A stretch of 63,540 nt of DNA, filler included, from Sphacelaria rigidula (lineage: Eukaryota): assembly GCA_964200075.2 (NCBI GenBank). It is 7 parts of 7 records of this genome, joined end to end, with 100 filler letters (N's around TTAATTAATTAA, not from the genome) between each part and the next. Parts side by side here need not be neighbours in the genome. Positions count along the whole stretch, not along the records: positions 9,094 to 18,086 come from CAXNAA020009573.1; positions 18,187 to 27,179 come from CAXNAA020009574.1; 5 more parts are not named here. One strand, given 5' to 3'. The position numbers and the translations under genes were made by a program. The notes beneath the pieces are model-generated. The model searched no databases. It worked only from the letters and a program-made list of their open reading frames with translations, and was not told the origin of the DNA. Positions 12,001-24,993 of this stretch are shown here, piece after piece (within the stretch, counting starts at the first letter, position 1; every line of letters starts with the position of its first letter).

Positions 12001-14729
12001 CGCGACTCATTTGGGCGTAATGGCTTATTTTGGACTGCTACACGCCTCTCATGTGGATGGAATATCTGCAAACAAGCCCAATAGTGGGAGAGCAGCCGGT
12101 TTGTCGGACGGTCTCCGGTGCACTTTTCGTGGGGCGTCTATCTCGGCATTAGTCAGAGACGGACATCACACGAAATGTATACGTTTGGTACATTTTGGAC
12201 TTCAAAGTAGATATTTTCACAAAATTTGAGAAAAAAGTGGCGACGACAGACACAAAAAGATTCGGCCCAAACGGTTTTAGAACCCGTGTTTCTTTTCTCG
12301 CTATGAACGTTTTATTCGGTGCAAATATGCATAAAATTCTGCGGGCAAGATGGCTGACACCATCACCATAATTTTTCGTTGGATTAGAGACCTTGACCAC
12401 AGCAGGAAAATGATGATGTAGGATGAAAGCAAGTCTCCCACTTACGGCGAGGGACCCCCTCGCCGGGGGGCAGGAGGGGTCCTCATTTTTCGCTTGCTTT
12501 AGTCGTCCGGCAGGGGCGGGGCATTTTTCATGAGGTACCTCTCACGGCTGTGGTAATATGGCGCCGGATTGCACCGACACCAGAATAATGCACAGCCGAC
12601 AACAAGCCGGCACACGAAGCCCCATCGATGCATACCCGAAAGTGATTCGCATCGTCCATGTCTTAGAGTCGCCCGCCGGGCACAAGATATCGGACTGTCG
12701 CCAGTCGATGAGTGGAGAACTGCTCCGTCTCGCCTGCCACTGGACTCCCCGTCATTTTACAAGTCACAGGAGCCGATCCAAGAAAATATCTGAAAACGCG
12801 TCAGGATCACTCGCACGTCGGCTGAGTAACCGCCGGGTCGAGAGACCGTGATCCTGCGCGCGTGCCGCAGCAAAGCACGGTACGGGAACACTCGGATGCC
12901 AAAAATGCACAAATGAAGAAGGTCGGACCGTGGAACGATTTCTACTGAAATATTCGCACAGGTCCTCCGAGGACCAAGCAGAGGCAACGCAAAAACGTCG
13001 TCGTCAAACAAACGGTCTCTGCGCCGTCGCTTCGGCGCGTATCATCGTGCACCGAAACGCAAGTCCTATGACAAAAATCAAAACAAAACTCAATACCGAA
13101 ACCCGAACGATCACAGGCGAGCATATGAGTAGACCTGATCACCACAGGTGTGAAGTACACACCCCCAGCCCCCAAGAGACCAAGAAACTACACAGACTAT
13201 CATAGACATCGACAACAAGGAACACACACGGAGGAACGCTACAAAATACGAAGAGAGCCGAGAAGGAGGGAAAAAGAATCAGCCCGCCGATCACCGCGCC
13301 ACAGAGGACAATAGAGCCACGCAATACGAGGTGCCTCATACCCAAAAGCCACGGCTCGGGTCCACGAATCAGTGGACCAAACAGGGATACCTTTTGTGCG
13401 ATGTTCGCCGAACTTATCACACGAACCCATACTCCGGCATGGAGCACAACACATCCACAAACCCCGACAACAGCCGTCCTCACGGTTCGCTGCCGCCCCC
13501 AACACCACAACGCGTCGGCGCCGAGATGTGGGGACAACGAATTCACCACGACCACAGAAGGATGTATGATTCGTCGCGACAGGCGGGTAGGAGCCGTCAC
13601 CCCAACTTCCGGCGGGGCAGACTCTCGTGGATCTAGAGTGAGGTTCAACTTCCCGCCCCCCCCCCTCCGTCCATTTATCATGGAGTTGTTACACCCTTCA
13701 CACCAACAGCGTGGAGGCTTTCCGTAAACGCCTGGAAAATCCACACGACCCCCTATCCCACAGCCAGGCGAAAGCCTCGCGTACCGCCAACGGAATCTCT
13801 CCATCCCCGACTCACAGGACGGGGTATGCCGGGGTAGAATAATCCCGCCGAGGTATCTGCGCCCTCCGTTCATGTGCTCCGAGCGATTTCCTTAGCCTGA
13901 AGGCCGTCTGCACAGGGAGTCAAGGGTTAGAGGTGACGGGCGCGGCACGGACACGGTGAGCGCAATGAAGTATTGGCGACAAAAAAAAATAAAACAGCGC
14001 GAGTATCGCGTGCATCGCCGAAGGTGTGGCGCGGATGCAGTGTGCCTGACAGCGGCGCACGCACGACGTGCGCCGACCACGACCTTATGTCGCCGGAATG
14101 GCAGGCATGAACAGAATTTGGTGTGAGAGATGGGCGCTAAAGTACGGAGATAAGAGGTAGTGTTCATGCCATACGACAGAAATGTTGACGACGAGATAAT
14201 ATTTGAATGCGAACGCGCGGTTCGACAGAAAACTATTCGCATCGTAGCACAATACCACTGCCGCGCCCTGCTGGTGTCATGGGACTTTTGTCGCCAGTGG
14301 GATGAACGAAATGTGGATTCCATTCCCGAAGGTTTGTCTTCTTTACTTTGTGCACGTGAGCTCCCAACTTCATTCCGATATCAGTTGTTTCGACGAGTAC
14401 ATGGTCCGTTCGCGCAGCTCTACTCAAGGATACGAGTACTTTCGCATGCGATGGCAGTACTGTACACGGGTATTCGGAGCTCTCACTAGGGCTTTCGACA
14501 AAAAAAACATGTAAAAAACGCCGCAATCATCAAACCGTTCAAATCATTATATTTCGTAATTTCCGCACCGCGTTTGAGCATAGGGTCGGCGCACTTAGTG
14601 GCTGTCTCGACATCGAGAATACGCTTTGACGGAGGTGCCTATGGCAGTTCGCGCGCCGACGGCATAACGTGCTGAGCGAGTGTCTTGCCGCATTTTTCCA
14701 TCGGAGAAAAGGAGCGATGGCAATTAATT

Positions 14730-16480
14730 TTAGCGAAATTCGTTCATTTCCTCTCGAGATGGGTCGACGGGAATTTTCGAGCGTTTTATCGGAAAAGGAC
14801 GGTCAAATTCGAGAAGCGGTAGATGGTCGTTTGTGAACAATACAGACAGTGCGTACTGCCTGCACTGTTTGAATGCCGTGTATGCGAAGTTCGTGTCTGC
14901 GTGTTTCATGCAGCAGGATGTGAAAGAGGATCGGGCAACATGCACAACTTCCACGGTAGCACCATCTGTTCCCTCTGCCCCCAATGAGACGTGAAAAGGA
15001 CTCGGACACCGCGCAGCTTTGTACATGCATTGTGTCCGTTACCGCGTCCGCGAGAGGGTTGGCCATCTTACCACGCTGTTCTAACCCTGATCCCGACGAT
15101 GGAAAAAGATGGTCAAGCTTTCACACGTCGGACGAGCGCGAGTATGAATCGTGTCTCGCACTCTTTGGGCTGCTCGTGGTGAAAAAAAGGTAATAGGGTG
15201 ATTCATCGAGTCATTGCTCGTGGTGAAAGAAAAATCACACGTCGGAGTATTCATTACTCGGCGAAACGAGTGCACTCGTGGATGTTTGTTTTTCAACACA
15301 ACGAACATGCCTCGTGTGCTCGAGTCATGAATTTTTTCTTTCACGAGCAACGACTCGAGTACTCATCGTCGGATTGCTGACTACTCCACTCAAGTCGTTC
15401 ATCATAAGCAATGATTCGAGTGCTCGCCCTATTATTTTTTCCACAACGAGCTATGACTCGAGTATTTCGCCCTATTAATTTTTACCGCGAACGAGCAGCC
15501 CAACGAGTGCGAATGTCACGAGTCATACTCGTGCTCGCCCGGAGTGTTGAAAAACTATAGAGCGAGTACTCAAGTCATCGCTCGTAGTGTCAAAAGTTAA
15601 TAGGGCGAGTGCTCGAGTCATTCCTCGTGGCAGAGAAAATTCATAGGTCTAGCACTCGAGTCATTGTTCGTGGTGGGAAGAATCATGACTCCAGCGTACA
15701 AGTCATCGGTCTTGGTGACGACAAATGAACAACTCGAGCACACGAGTCGTGCTTGTGGTGGTGTCGAGAAACATTAACGAGTGTACTCGTTGCGACGAGA
15801 AATGACTCGTTCGACGTGTGCAAGTTTTCGCCGACAGAATGTATGCACAGCATACGCAACTACTGCAGTGCATCCATCCTTGTGCTCAACTCCTGCTTTA
15901 TGCTGCAGGGTTGCGACCGTAGCTAACGATGAATGGTGTGTACTAGTTTGCATGATCATTTGAACGGATGTTATGTGGTGTGGTGGTCTGTGTCTTGAGG
16001 GCCGAGCGCCTCTTGGTGCTTTTCGCCCGTGTGTCTGTTAGGAAAAGGTGAGCTTGATCATTTTTCACTTCTACTCTGCTCGCCACTAAGGCCGTGTCTT
16101 AGTATATCATTTTTCGATCGAAAACGTGCGGTGGCAATCAGAAACTCCGATGAAATAGGTCTTAATATGAACCGGTTTCTACAGAAATTACGATAGCTGA
16201 ATAGCAGGGACGGTATTGGAAGGACGAGCCTACGTCTGTGACCACGGGTTCGAGGGATCGTACTGATGTGGGGAAACGATAATTGAACATAAAATAGCTG
16301 AAATCACGGCCTATCAAATCGGAGTCTTCCTTCTCCACCGTACATTTCCCATCAAAAAATGATATGCGAAGGCACACCGTAATGATAAAACAATCGTTGA
16401 TGCCAACTAGGAGCAGGATGTGGTGGACACATGCGATGGCAATGTTTTTCCACCGCATTTTTTCGAGCGACATGAAGATA
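14730..16480. repeat. Old dispersed repeat homologous to ~58740-59480, here interrupted by a DNA transposon
   Basis: Shared blocks such as GTGAAAAGGACT.GGACA.CG.GCAGCTTTGTACAT, AACTACTGCAGTG.ATCCATCC and GCCAACTAGGAGCAG. Confidence 0.7.
15122..15820. mobile_element. Non-autonomous DNA transposon, hAT/P-like (8-bp TSD), with CTCGAG/ACGAG-rich subterminal repeats
   Basis: TIR CACACGTCGGACGAG / CTCGTTCGACGTGTG. Flanks CAAGCTTT and CAAGTTTT. The element is absent from the paralogous site near 59140. Confidence 0.8.
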
Positions 16481-17739
16481 TATGAAGATTTGCTGGCTTT
16501 GGCGCCAACCCGCGATGGGCAGGAATCGCTAAACCAAACCCGATTGGCCCCTCTGTACCTCTCCATACATGAGACTCGTTCCCCAGTTGAGACGAACGCC
16601 TATTCCGTGGCAACAGAAAAGGTGAACGCAGGTCGCTTAGCGGTGTTCCCTGACCGCGGAAGGAGCAGGTGCGAAAGGAACAGGTACGGTAGGTACTGAT
16701 ATATTGAACTACCGGGGTATCGTGGGTATCGTAGGTATGACACTTGAAAATACCCGATTGGGTCGGTATCGGTAGGGTATGAGATGTCCGAAATACCAGT
16801 ACGGGGTACCTCCTGGCTTACCCTCTATGCCGATTTCAAGACTGTCATCCGCAGTGCGGAAGTCAAATCACTGATGTGCCCGAGGTGGGCAGCGCCACCC
16901 TCACCCCCACACGCACAAAACGCACAACGCTGACCTGCAGACCTCAAAGCACACAAAATCCCATCATGACCACCAGCTGGATTGTTGCAATCAGCTGACA
17001 GGGCGAGACACCCAATCCATGGATCGATCATGAGTGCTGCGTGATGATTTTCGTGGTTATTGACGTGGGTATAGAGACGAGAGCACTCTGAGGATAGAGC
17101 AGTAGTAAGGGCAAATTTAAAATTCAATGGGCAGATTTTCATTTCGAGGGGAGAGCGCTGTAAATTGTGGCACTGAGGAATTGCAGTAGTACGCAGGACC
17201 AGGGTTTGCCTCTCCATGTGGTTGTACTTTTTCATGTAGAGCACCCGGCAATGACACAGTAATAACAGTAAATAAATATATGTATATATGTATGTGCCGT
17301 TATTCATTCGGTATTTTGGCACCTTGTTGTCTATTTTGTATGGCTTCTGCGACCCCTCGTGTTTTTTCGTTGCTTCTCCTCCGTCTCATTTTTGTCTCTC
17401 TGCTTGTTTGCACGTGAAATATTTTCGTGTATAATGCTCATGTTCGACATGAATCATGAAACAATGTGCAGCGCCGTAACGATGATAAAATATCCATATC
17501 CATTTATTACCCAGATAATCAGACTACATCATAACAAGTTCATTCGAATTAATTCAAACACAAAATTCAGAGGGAATCAGGGTATCTATTACTTGTGAAA
17601 ACAAGACGTACCTGCTCTCACAACTTTTGGCCTTTGCATAAGTTGGGACCAGCTGCTGCACCGTGGGGATCGCATCGCGTCCGGTATTCACCGTGTATAT
17701 TCTTGGTATTTCCCGCAGTATCCCATGACCGTGGTTCGC

Positions 17740-18000
17740 ATGGGTATCGTAGGCATTAGTTCTCAAAAAATCCGATTGAGCGGGTACGGTAGGTGTTGAA
17801 ATATCGCAGTACCGTAGTATCATAGGTATCATAGGTACGGCATTTGAAAATACCCGATTAGGCGGGTACAGTGGGTGATGGAATTTAGATATAGGGTGGT
17901 ATCGTAGGTATCGTTGGTACGGTTTTCGAAAATACCCGACTGGGCGGGTATGAAAGGTGTTGAAACCTCGAAATACCGTGGTATCGTGGGTGTCATAGAC
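17740..18000. repeat. Diverged tandem repeat of ~80-85 bp (GGTATC-rich, core TTGAAAATACCCGATTGGGCGGGTA); related unit at 16685-16827
   Basis: About three consecutive units are visible. Confidence 0.7.
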
Positions 18001-18086
18001 ATGATATTTGTAAGGGCAATGGCCTAGAAAAGGTATACCTTCTCGTTTTTTGCTTAAGAAAGGTACGAAAAATGGCCAGAAACGCG

Positions 18087-18186
18087 NNNNNNNNNNNNNN
18101 NNNNNNNNNNNNNNNNNNNNNNNNNNNNNNTTAATTAATTAANNNNNNNNNNNNNNNNNNNNNNNNNNNNNNNNNNNNNNNNNNNN
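18087..18186. other. Artificial contig spacer
   Basis: N44-TTAATTAATTAA-N44. Confidence 0.98.
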
Positions 18187-18242
18187 GAATAGCCCTCTTG
18201 TCAAGATCGTCTGGCAGAGGCTATAGTCTTACCTACTATACA

Positions 18243-18397
18243 TTGTTCTGTTCTATCTTTTCTGTTTCTTCTTGGTCTTCAGCCAGTGTTTCAGTTTTGT
18301 TTTGTCTTGGGTACGTCCATCACGTGACCACGGCTGGACCCCTGGGGGGTCAGTTAGAGTGCGACAATTAGTCAATTAATCAATGAATCGAGCAATC
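18243..18397 (+). mobile_element. 5'-truncated copy of the (CAAT)n-tailed retroposon
   Basis: GACCACGGCTGGACCCCTGGGGGGTCAGTTAGAGTGCGACAAT followed by a decayed CAAT tail. Confidence 0.7.
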
Positions 18398-18621
18398 AGC
18401 GCGGACATAGACATGGAATAACGAAGCCAACCGTTTTTTTTTTTTTGCATCAACCAGAACACAGCCCGGGTATAGATATAAAACAGCGACAAAAAACAAT
18501 TCCATTTTCCCATATCACGACAGAAAACAATCGAGATTCTTGCCTCATATAATAAAGGTAAGATGTAAAATAAACCAAAACCCAGACACGTAAGTGATAG
18601 GGTGAAGGTTTACCATGTCAC

Positions 18622-18979
18622 ATGTGTGTTGTCACCCCATCTATTCTGGACACCAGTCTGCACCTTTCGGTATATGTGGGCGCATCAGCCGGGGTTGCAC
18701 AGAAGGAAGGCCAACACAGAAGTTTTTTCATTCTTTGTTTTTGTTTCAGTACTCCGCCTTCCTTCTTCAGTGCTTACCTTATTTTTTTTATCGCGAGAGG
18801 GGTTCAGGGGCCTCTTTCCCTCGTCGACCATAAAGTCGAATTTTGTGTACCCACGACGTGGTCGCTCTCCACTGTTGGGCATTGTGTGAAAAAAATCCCA
18901 CATCGTGTGACTGCCGCGAGATTCGAGACCCAACCGTCAGAAGGTATTGAGGTTACCAACTGAGCCACCGGGGCGACCG
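18622..18979 (-). mobile_element. tRNA-derived SINE (~360 bp)
   Basis: Minus strand begins CGGTCGCCCCGGTGGCTCAGTTGG (A box), then a degenerate B box TCTCGAATCTC, and ends in a short (AC)n tail. Homologous copies at 23986-24356 and 56550-56766. Confidence 0.8.
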
Positions 18980-20258
18980 ATCTTACAAACAAATCGGATA
19001 TACAAAAGGTGCAACAAGTACAGATATGATAGGGTCACCCCGACATGTTGAATTCACATGAAGGTTGGGTCTCGTGGTGAGATACTCGGGACAATTCACC
19101 AGTTTCCGATGGACGGTAGAAATCTGGTCATATTTTTTTCTGAAGTTCCCGGCGCCATTGGGTGCACAGGCGTCAAATGAAGGGAAGGGATGGATAATGC
19201 ATGGCATAAATATGAACACTTCACCAATGACCGACCACATGACCAACGATAAGGAGCACCCGGCGGTACGTCAACTTCTTGAGATCTTGAAGGATAGAAG
19301 CTAGCACAAGGTGTGGGGGAATCGTTGGCCAAGCTTTCGGCAGCGAAGGTCTAGTCGGGAGCATTAGTGGAGTTGCGACCTATGGTGAATCGTACGCGGA
19401 GCGGCAGGAATGATGATGTACGGGACATCCCGATGTATGAGTAAGGTCTTGTGTTATGCAAGCCGTCCTTGAACCTTACACGGTGAAAATGACCTCCATG
19501 GAGAAAAGTAACAGGTGATACCTGGATGGTTTACCGTGCAGATCACCTGGTATATACGTGGGATACTTGTGTCAAGGGTGTTGAAGTTGGCTGCAGGCTA
19601 CGAGCCCATGTTGGAGGCGTTATCTAGTGTCAGTGAGCCAGTAAAAGGACTGAAAGACACCAGACCCCCAACAAGTACTAGGATTGGGATATTCCAGTAC
19701 CTTGACTATATCCCACCGCAATTTTCAATAGAAAGAGGCTGGAGATACTCTCGGAAGAGATCGAGAGAGAGACGGTAAGGAAGGGTGGGTGGAGAAGTAC
19801 TCATAGTGCTGGTATTCAGAGTCCGTAGCGATATGATGAGGATAAAGTTTCAAAGGAAATGCAATGACGTAAAATAGGACTATATTGTTTGGCAATATCA
19901 ATAGTAGAAAGGGAGGGAGAATACTTCCGAGTCGCGCTGAAACAGAGCACGAGCAAGGAGTGGGAAAGGATAGAGACAAGTAAGGCGTTTGCATGGGTTA
20001 GAAGGACAGGACAGAGAAGATGCATAGCCAATGCAATATCAAATCTAAGTCCTAGCCCGCGGGTGAACGAAGGAAAGGGAAAGCAGGAACAAGTGAATTC
20101 CCGGAAAGGAAAAGGGGAGAGGAAATTGCGGCCAGAAGCAAATAGGCAAAGGCCAAACCGGAAACGAGAATTCAAATCAAGCAAAGGGGAATAGAAGTAA
20201 TAACGAAGGAGAGAGAACAAAAGAGAGACGGAGAGTAGACAATGATTCGAACAGAAAG

Positions 20259-23200
20259 TTGAGAAAAGGATCTTGGAACGTGTGTGGATTCGCCACGGAC
20301 AAGCGTCAAAGAATAGAGATGACCGAACACGTAAGTAACCACGACCTAGATATAGTGGTGTTCCAAGAGTCATGGGAGAAAGAGAAAGAGGTAATCGGAT
20401 GCGAATCTGGAGAGTACGCATGGATAGGGAAAAAGCGGAAGGGGCAGAACCCCAAGAGCAGGGGAGCGGGGGGAGTAGGATCCTTAGTCAAGGAATACCT
20501 GTGTGACGCCATAAAAGTGATCAAGGACCCAAAATTCGAAGAGAGCGTATGGATAAGGATACCAAGAGAGCGGGGAACGAGATACTTTTTCGTAGGGAAC
20601 ATCTATTTTCCCATGATCGAACGGTTAGGTAAACGATACTCAGCGGAGGTTTGGAGAGATGGCAGCAAATGTACACGAGTATAACATGCATGGAGAAGTT
20701 ATGTTAGTGGGAGATTTTAATGCAAGGGTTGGAAAAGCAGGTCAGCCGGATGATACCATTGGGCAATACGGGGAAGATCAGAAGAACACGAATGGGGTAG
20801 AAAGCTTGAGTTCCTTGAGAATAATGAGATAACGCTGAATATATAGAGTACTAGAGCCAAGGGCGCAATGGACATGGGCTCGAAACCGCAAAGACGAGAG
20901 AGAATGCTCTGTTCTTGACTGTATAGTGGTAGAGCATGGAAATAGTGAAGAAATGGAAGTACATGTATGCGCAGAGGACGTGGGAACCACGGATCACTGC
21001 CTGATATGGGCAGAAAGCCAACAGACGAGAGATAAAAGACATAGGCGGGGTAGGAAGTTGTACAAATAGAGACTTGATAAAATAGAACTAGAAGAAAAAC
21101 GGCAAGAGTTCAAAGAAGAAATGATCAAAAATGCCGTGAAATTTTCCAAGCTGTTGGAAAGCGTAGACACGGTTGATACGAAATAGAAAGGGATCGGGCA
21201 GGAGCGATGATTATAGAAGGATGAGAGCGGTTGGTCGAGAACACAGCGAGTAAAGCCATAGGGAAGGAACTAATCGTATGCAACATAGCAGCAACATGGT
21301 GGAATGGGGAGGTTAAAGAGGCTGTAAGAGCAAGGCGAGAGGCCCACGCAAGATGCATATCGAGTAAAACTACGGTAGGATGGGAGGAATACGCTAAAGC
21401 TAGAAAGGAGGCAAAAAGGCTGGTAGAGAGGAAGGGGAACATGGGAAGATATAGTCAAGAAACAAATGAAGATTTCGATGGCGGGATGAAACAATTGTGG
21501 GTAAGAATAAAAGAGATAGTTGGCAAATAGGCGGGAGAGACAGGCAGGGGGATAGCCACACTAAGGGCACAGAGCGGAAAAATGGTTGATAATTCGAGAA
21601 GGAAAACATAAGTACTAGCAGAGTACTGTAGAAAACTGGGGACACCATCAACTAACGAGAGGTCCGACGCGAAATTCGATAAATAAATCATTGTGTGGGC
21701 AGAGGCGAATGTAGAGACATCCAAACGGATGATGGTGGCTCAACATAATTGCAGAGAAATTTCACGAGAAAGTAATGGAGTGTGTAGCTGAACTCAAGAG
21801 CAGAGAGGTAGCAGGAGCAGACGAAATAGTGAACGGATTTCTCAAGTATGGGGGAGAGGGAATGATTACCATGGTTATGCTGAATAATTATATATTGGGA
21901 AACCAGTACACACCCAAGAGGTGGAGAGAAGGAGTAATAGTCAATATTTTCTCAAAGGGAGACAAGGCTGACCCAGGGAACTATAGAGGGATGACGCTAG
22001 TGAGCACTGTTGGGAAAACACTTCATAACATTCTGAATGATACAGTGGGAACGATGCTAGAGGAAGAATCAGCGAGGGGTAAAAAGGTTTGAGACCAAAT
22101 CGTTGTCGCGAAGACCATTTGTACACATTAGGTAAGATTATTCAAGGTTGGATAGACGCCGAGCAACAATGAACTCATTCGTTTTAGACGTACAGAAGAC
22201 CTGTGGCAGAGTATGGAGAAATGGCCCGTGGAAAATGATGTGAGAAACTTGCATTAGAGGAAAGGCGTGGAGAATGGTGAAGAAGATGGCAGAATGTGCG
22301 AAAATTGCTGTTGTGCTAGACGGGGAATCATCGAAATATTTTGATATCTTACAAGGAGTTGCACAAGGATGTACGTTATCATCCACTTTATTCAAGGTAT
22401 TTAACCTGGTGAATAGCAATAGAAGCAGCGAAGTAAGGAGTCAAGGTGGGGGAAGATATGGTATTAGCATTGATGTTCGCGGATGATTTTGTGACGATTC
22501 CTGGAACTGCAGAAGGATTACAAAAACAGAAAGACAAGGCGCTAGAATACACTAGGAAATGAAGAGTGACAGCGAACGTCAACAAACGCGCGGTACTCGT
22601 CTGTAAAGAACGTAGGTAGAATCCGGTGGAGTTCAAATGGACGTGGGGAGAAGAGGAACTGCCGATCATAGACCAGTATATGCACCCCGGAGTATAAAAA
22701 ATAGTTCTTGGGATGCGCACATAAATAAAGTAATAGGGAAGGGTGAGGCACAGATAGGCAGGATGGACGTGATCCTCAGAGACTCGCACGTAGATACTAG
22801 GATCAAGATATGTGTCCTGATGAATGTGATTGTACCAAAGCTGGAATATGCAGGAGAAGTATGGGAGGGGAACGTGAAGTTGGTGAAATAAGTTGGAAAC
22901 AGTACAAATAGCAGCAGGTTAAAAATACGAGGATGCTCGAAAGCGACGAGTAATACAGTTTTGAGAGCAGAATTGAGAATGTACTCACTTAACCCTTAGC
23001 CCGCGGTGCGGGTAGTTCATCTGGATCACGCATGCTTTTTTCAAGTGAATAGTGATGCCGATTCAACAGGTGACCTACCCTCGCGGTCAAAGGGTTGAGC
23101 CGAACAGAGACATGACAAAATTTAAATGGCAATATAGCGTAGAGAACATGCAGAGAAAGGGATTGCCAGCCATAGTTGGTAGGACTGTAGGGAAGAAAAT

Positions 23201-23901
23201 GACGAACGGGCAGACTGTAATGAGGAGGCATAGCGTAGTCGAGAAAGTATGGAACCAGACAGGAGCAATCCATAGGTGAATGCGGCAGGTGGAAGGCAGA
23301 AGTGAGCGACGTGATAGAAAGAAGGGGAAAAGAAGCGCTAATACGCAAAATAGACGAGGCAGAGCACCTGAAGATATGCGGGGGATTGAGAGAGGTGATA
23401 GGGATGGAAACATATCTGCATGGCTCAATGTACTCCGCTGATAAATTGAAACTACGATTTTGGGTGGGAAACCTGGACCTGCCAGAAAGAAGAAATATGT
23501 GAACTAGTAGTTGAGAGGAGGAAGAAATAGATGCACAGGGTCGCCCGTGTGGTGAAGCAATAGAGAGCAGAACTCGTATAGTGGCAGAATGTGAACTATA
23601 CAAGGAGGAACGGGACGTGCTAGAGGGGGAAATGCGGAAAGTAAGTGCAGGTGGCATGAACTCGTTTGATTGCGTCAGACAGTAGCGAGAAAGCGATGGC
23701 TGTACTGGAAGATAGGTGGTGACCACAGACGGCGAAACAGGACGGGAATAAGATATGTAGAAGGTCGTGTACAATAGTGTATGGGCGAAGCGTATTGAGC
23801 GCCCGAATGTTGTAGGTGTCTGTATCAGCAGTAGGAACGATGCTCCGTCTCGAAAGGGATGTGTGGTTAATGGTCAAATCACGAAGGCGAGCAACAAATG
23901 A
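20259..23901 (+). pseudogene. LINE ORF2 remnant: AP endonuclease, reverse transcriptase and decayed CCHC-like C-terminus
   Basis: APE motifs SWNVCG, DIVVFQESW, GDFNARVG, TDH. RT motifs GADEI..GFLK, KGDKADPGNYRGMTLVSTVGK, GVAQGCTLSSTLF, LMFADDFV. C-terminal PCGEAIESRTRIVAEC. Many stops and frameshifts. Confidence 0.92.
22993..23094 (-). mobile_element. piggyBac-type MITE (~100 bp) inserted in the LINE
   Basis: TTAA|CCCTTAGCCCGCGG...CGCGGTCAAAGGG|TTGA. Removing it restores the reading RAELRMYSLKPNRDMTKFKWQY. Confidence 0.85.
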
Positions 23902-23985
23902 GTACGCCCCCCCCACCCCCCACCCCGAAAAATGAAGGACCACGTGATCTTTGTTTTCAGTATGCCCTTGCGACTCTCCATACAG

Positions 23986-24356
23986 GTGTGTGAGTGTGCG
24001 TTATCACCCCATCTTTTCCGGACGCCAGTCTACACCTTTTGTTATATGTGGGCGATTGATTCAGCCAGGGTCACACAGGAGGACGGCCAACACAAGAGTT
24101 TTTTTCCTTTCTGAGTTCCCCATCTTCCTTCTGCAGTGCTTGCCTTATTTTCTGTCGCGAGAGGGGTTCAGCCTTCCCTTATTTCCCTCGCCGACGGTGA
24201 AGTCGAGTTTCGTGTACCCACGATATAGTCGCTCTCCACTGTTGGGCACGGTGTGAGAAAAATCCCAGGTCGTGTGACTGCATCGAGATTCGAGCCTACG
24301 ACCCAACCGTCAGAACGTATCGAGGTTATCAACTGAGCCACCGGGGGGGGGGACCG
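23986..24356 (-). mobile_element. tRNA-derived SINE, second full-length copy
   Basis: A box TGGCTCAGTTGA and B box GGCTCGAATCTC; colinear with 18622-18979. Confidence 0.8.
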
Positions 24357-24993
24357 TGCTGTACTTATTTTCAAATCAAGTTTGTAAAAGTTGAGCTGAG
24401 AAATTGAGATGAGGGCCAAAAGCTGTCACCATTTTTCACTAGACATGACAGATCTCAAGGAGCTGAAGATTTATTTTTATTTTGCCCTGGCGATTCCCCA
24501 TACCACATTTTAAAGCACAACGCTCGAAACTGAAACGCAAAGTCCAGATTTGGTACATTTAGTACCTCTACTCGTAATATATTGAGTTAGTATAGGGTGT
24601 TATGTGCGCAAGGTCCCTATATAACGAATTAGGTGAACATGAGGGTATCGATTTTTTCCCCGTGCTCCAGGGAATGTTCACACAAAATAGCGTCATCACT
24701 CGCTGTATAGATCGTTATACCTACCAAAGGTTTCAGTTTTGATTTCATGGACAAGTTTCAGTTATACCTACCAAAGGTCAGCTGTCAACACGGTGGCCGC
24801 GTCCGGCACATCTCTGTGTATTCCACACTACGCTCACTGGTGTCGCGGTCACCCCTCATGATTATCTTGAAGCGTCCGCGTGTGCTTCTGATTGTGGTTT
24901 ATGATCGAAGAAATGTAACACATGTCCCGTACGTGACAACGCACAGTAAACGATCTAGCTTGCGAAGACCACTCCGTTGCTGTGTAGGCATCG

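Larger units (their letters stand above)
19030..23926 (+). mobile_element. Decayed non-LTR retrotransposon (LINE, APE + RT); 5' boundary and ORF1 uncertain
   Basis: Purine-rich sense strand, ORF2 motifs listed in the next feature, and a 3' end matching a truncated copy at 52198-52298. Sequence 19030-20250 is only tentatively ORF1 or UTR. Confidence 0.8.

Noticed and set aside
18900..18979. tRNA gene (also 24270-24356)
   Set aside because: A and B boxes are present but there is no complete cloverleaf, and the sequence continues into a shared 280-bp body, so it is a SINE head.
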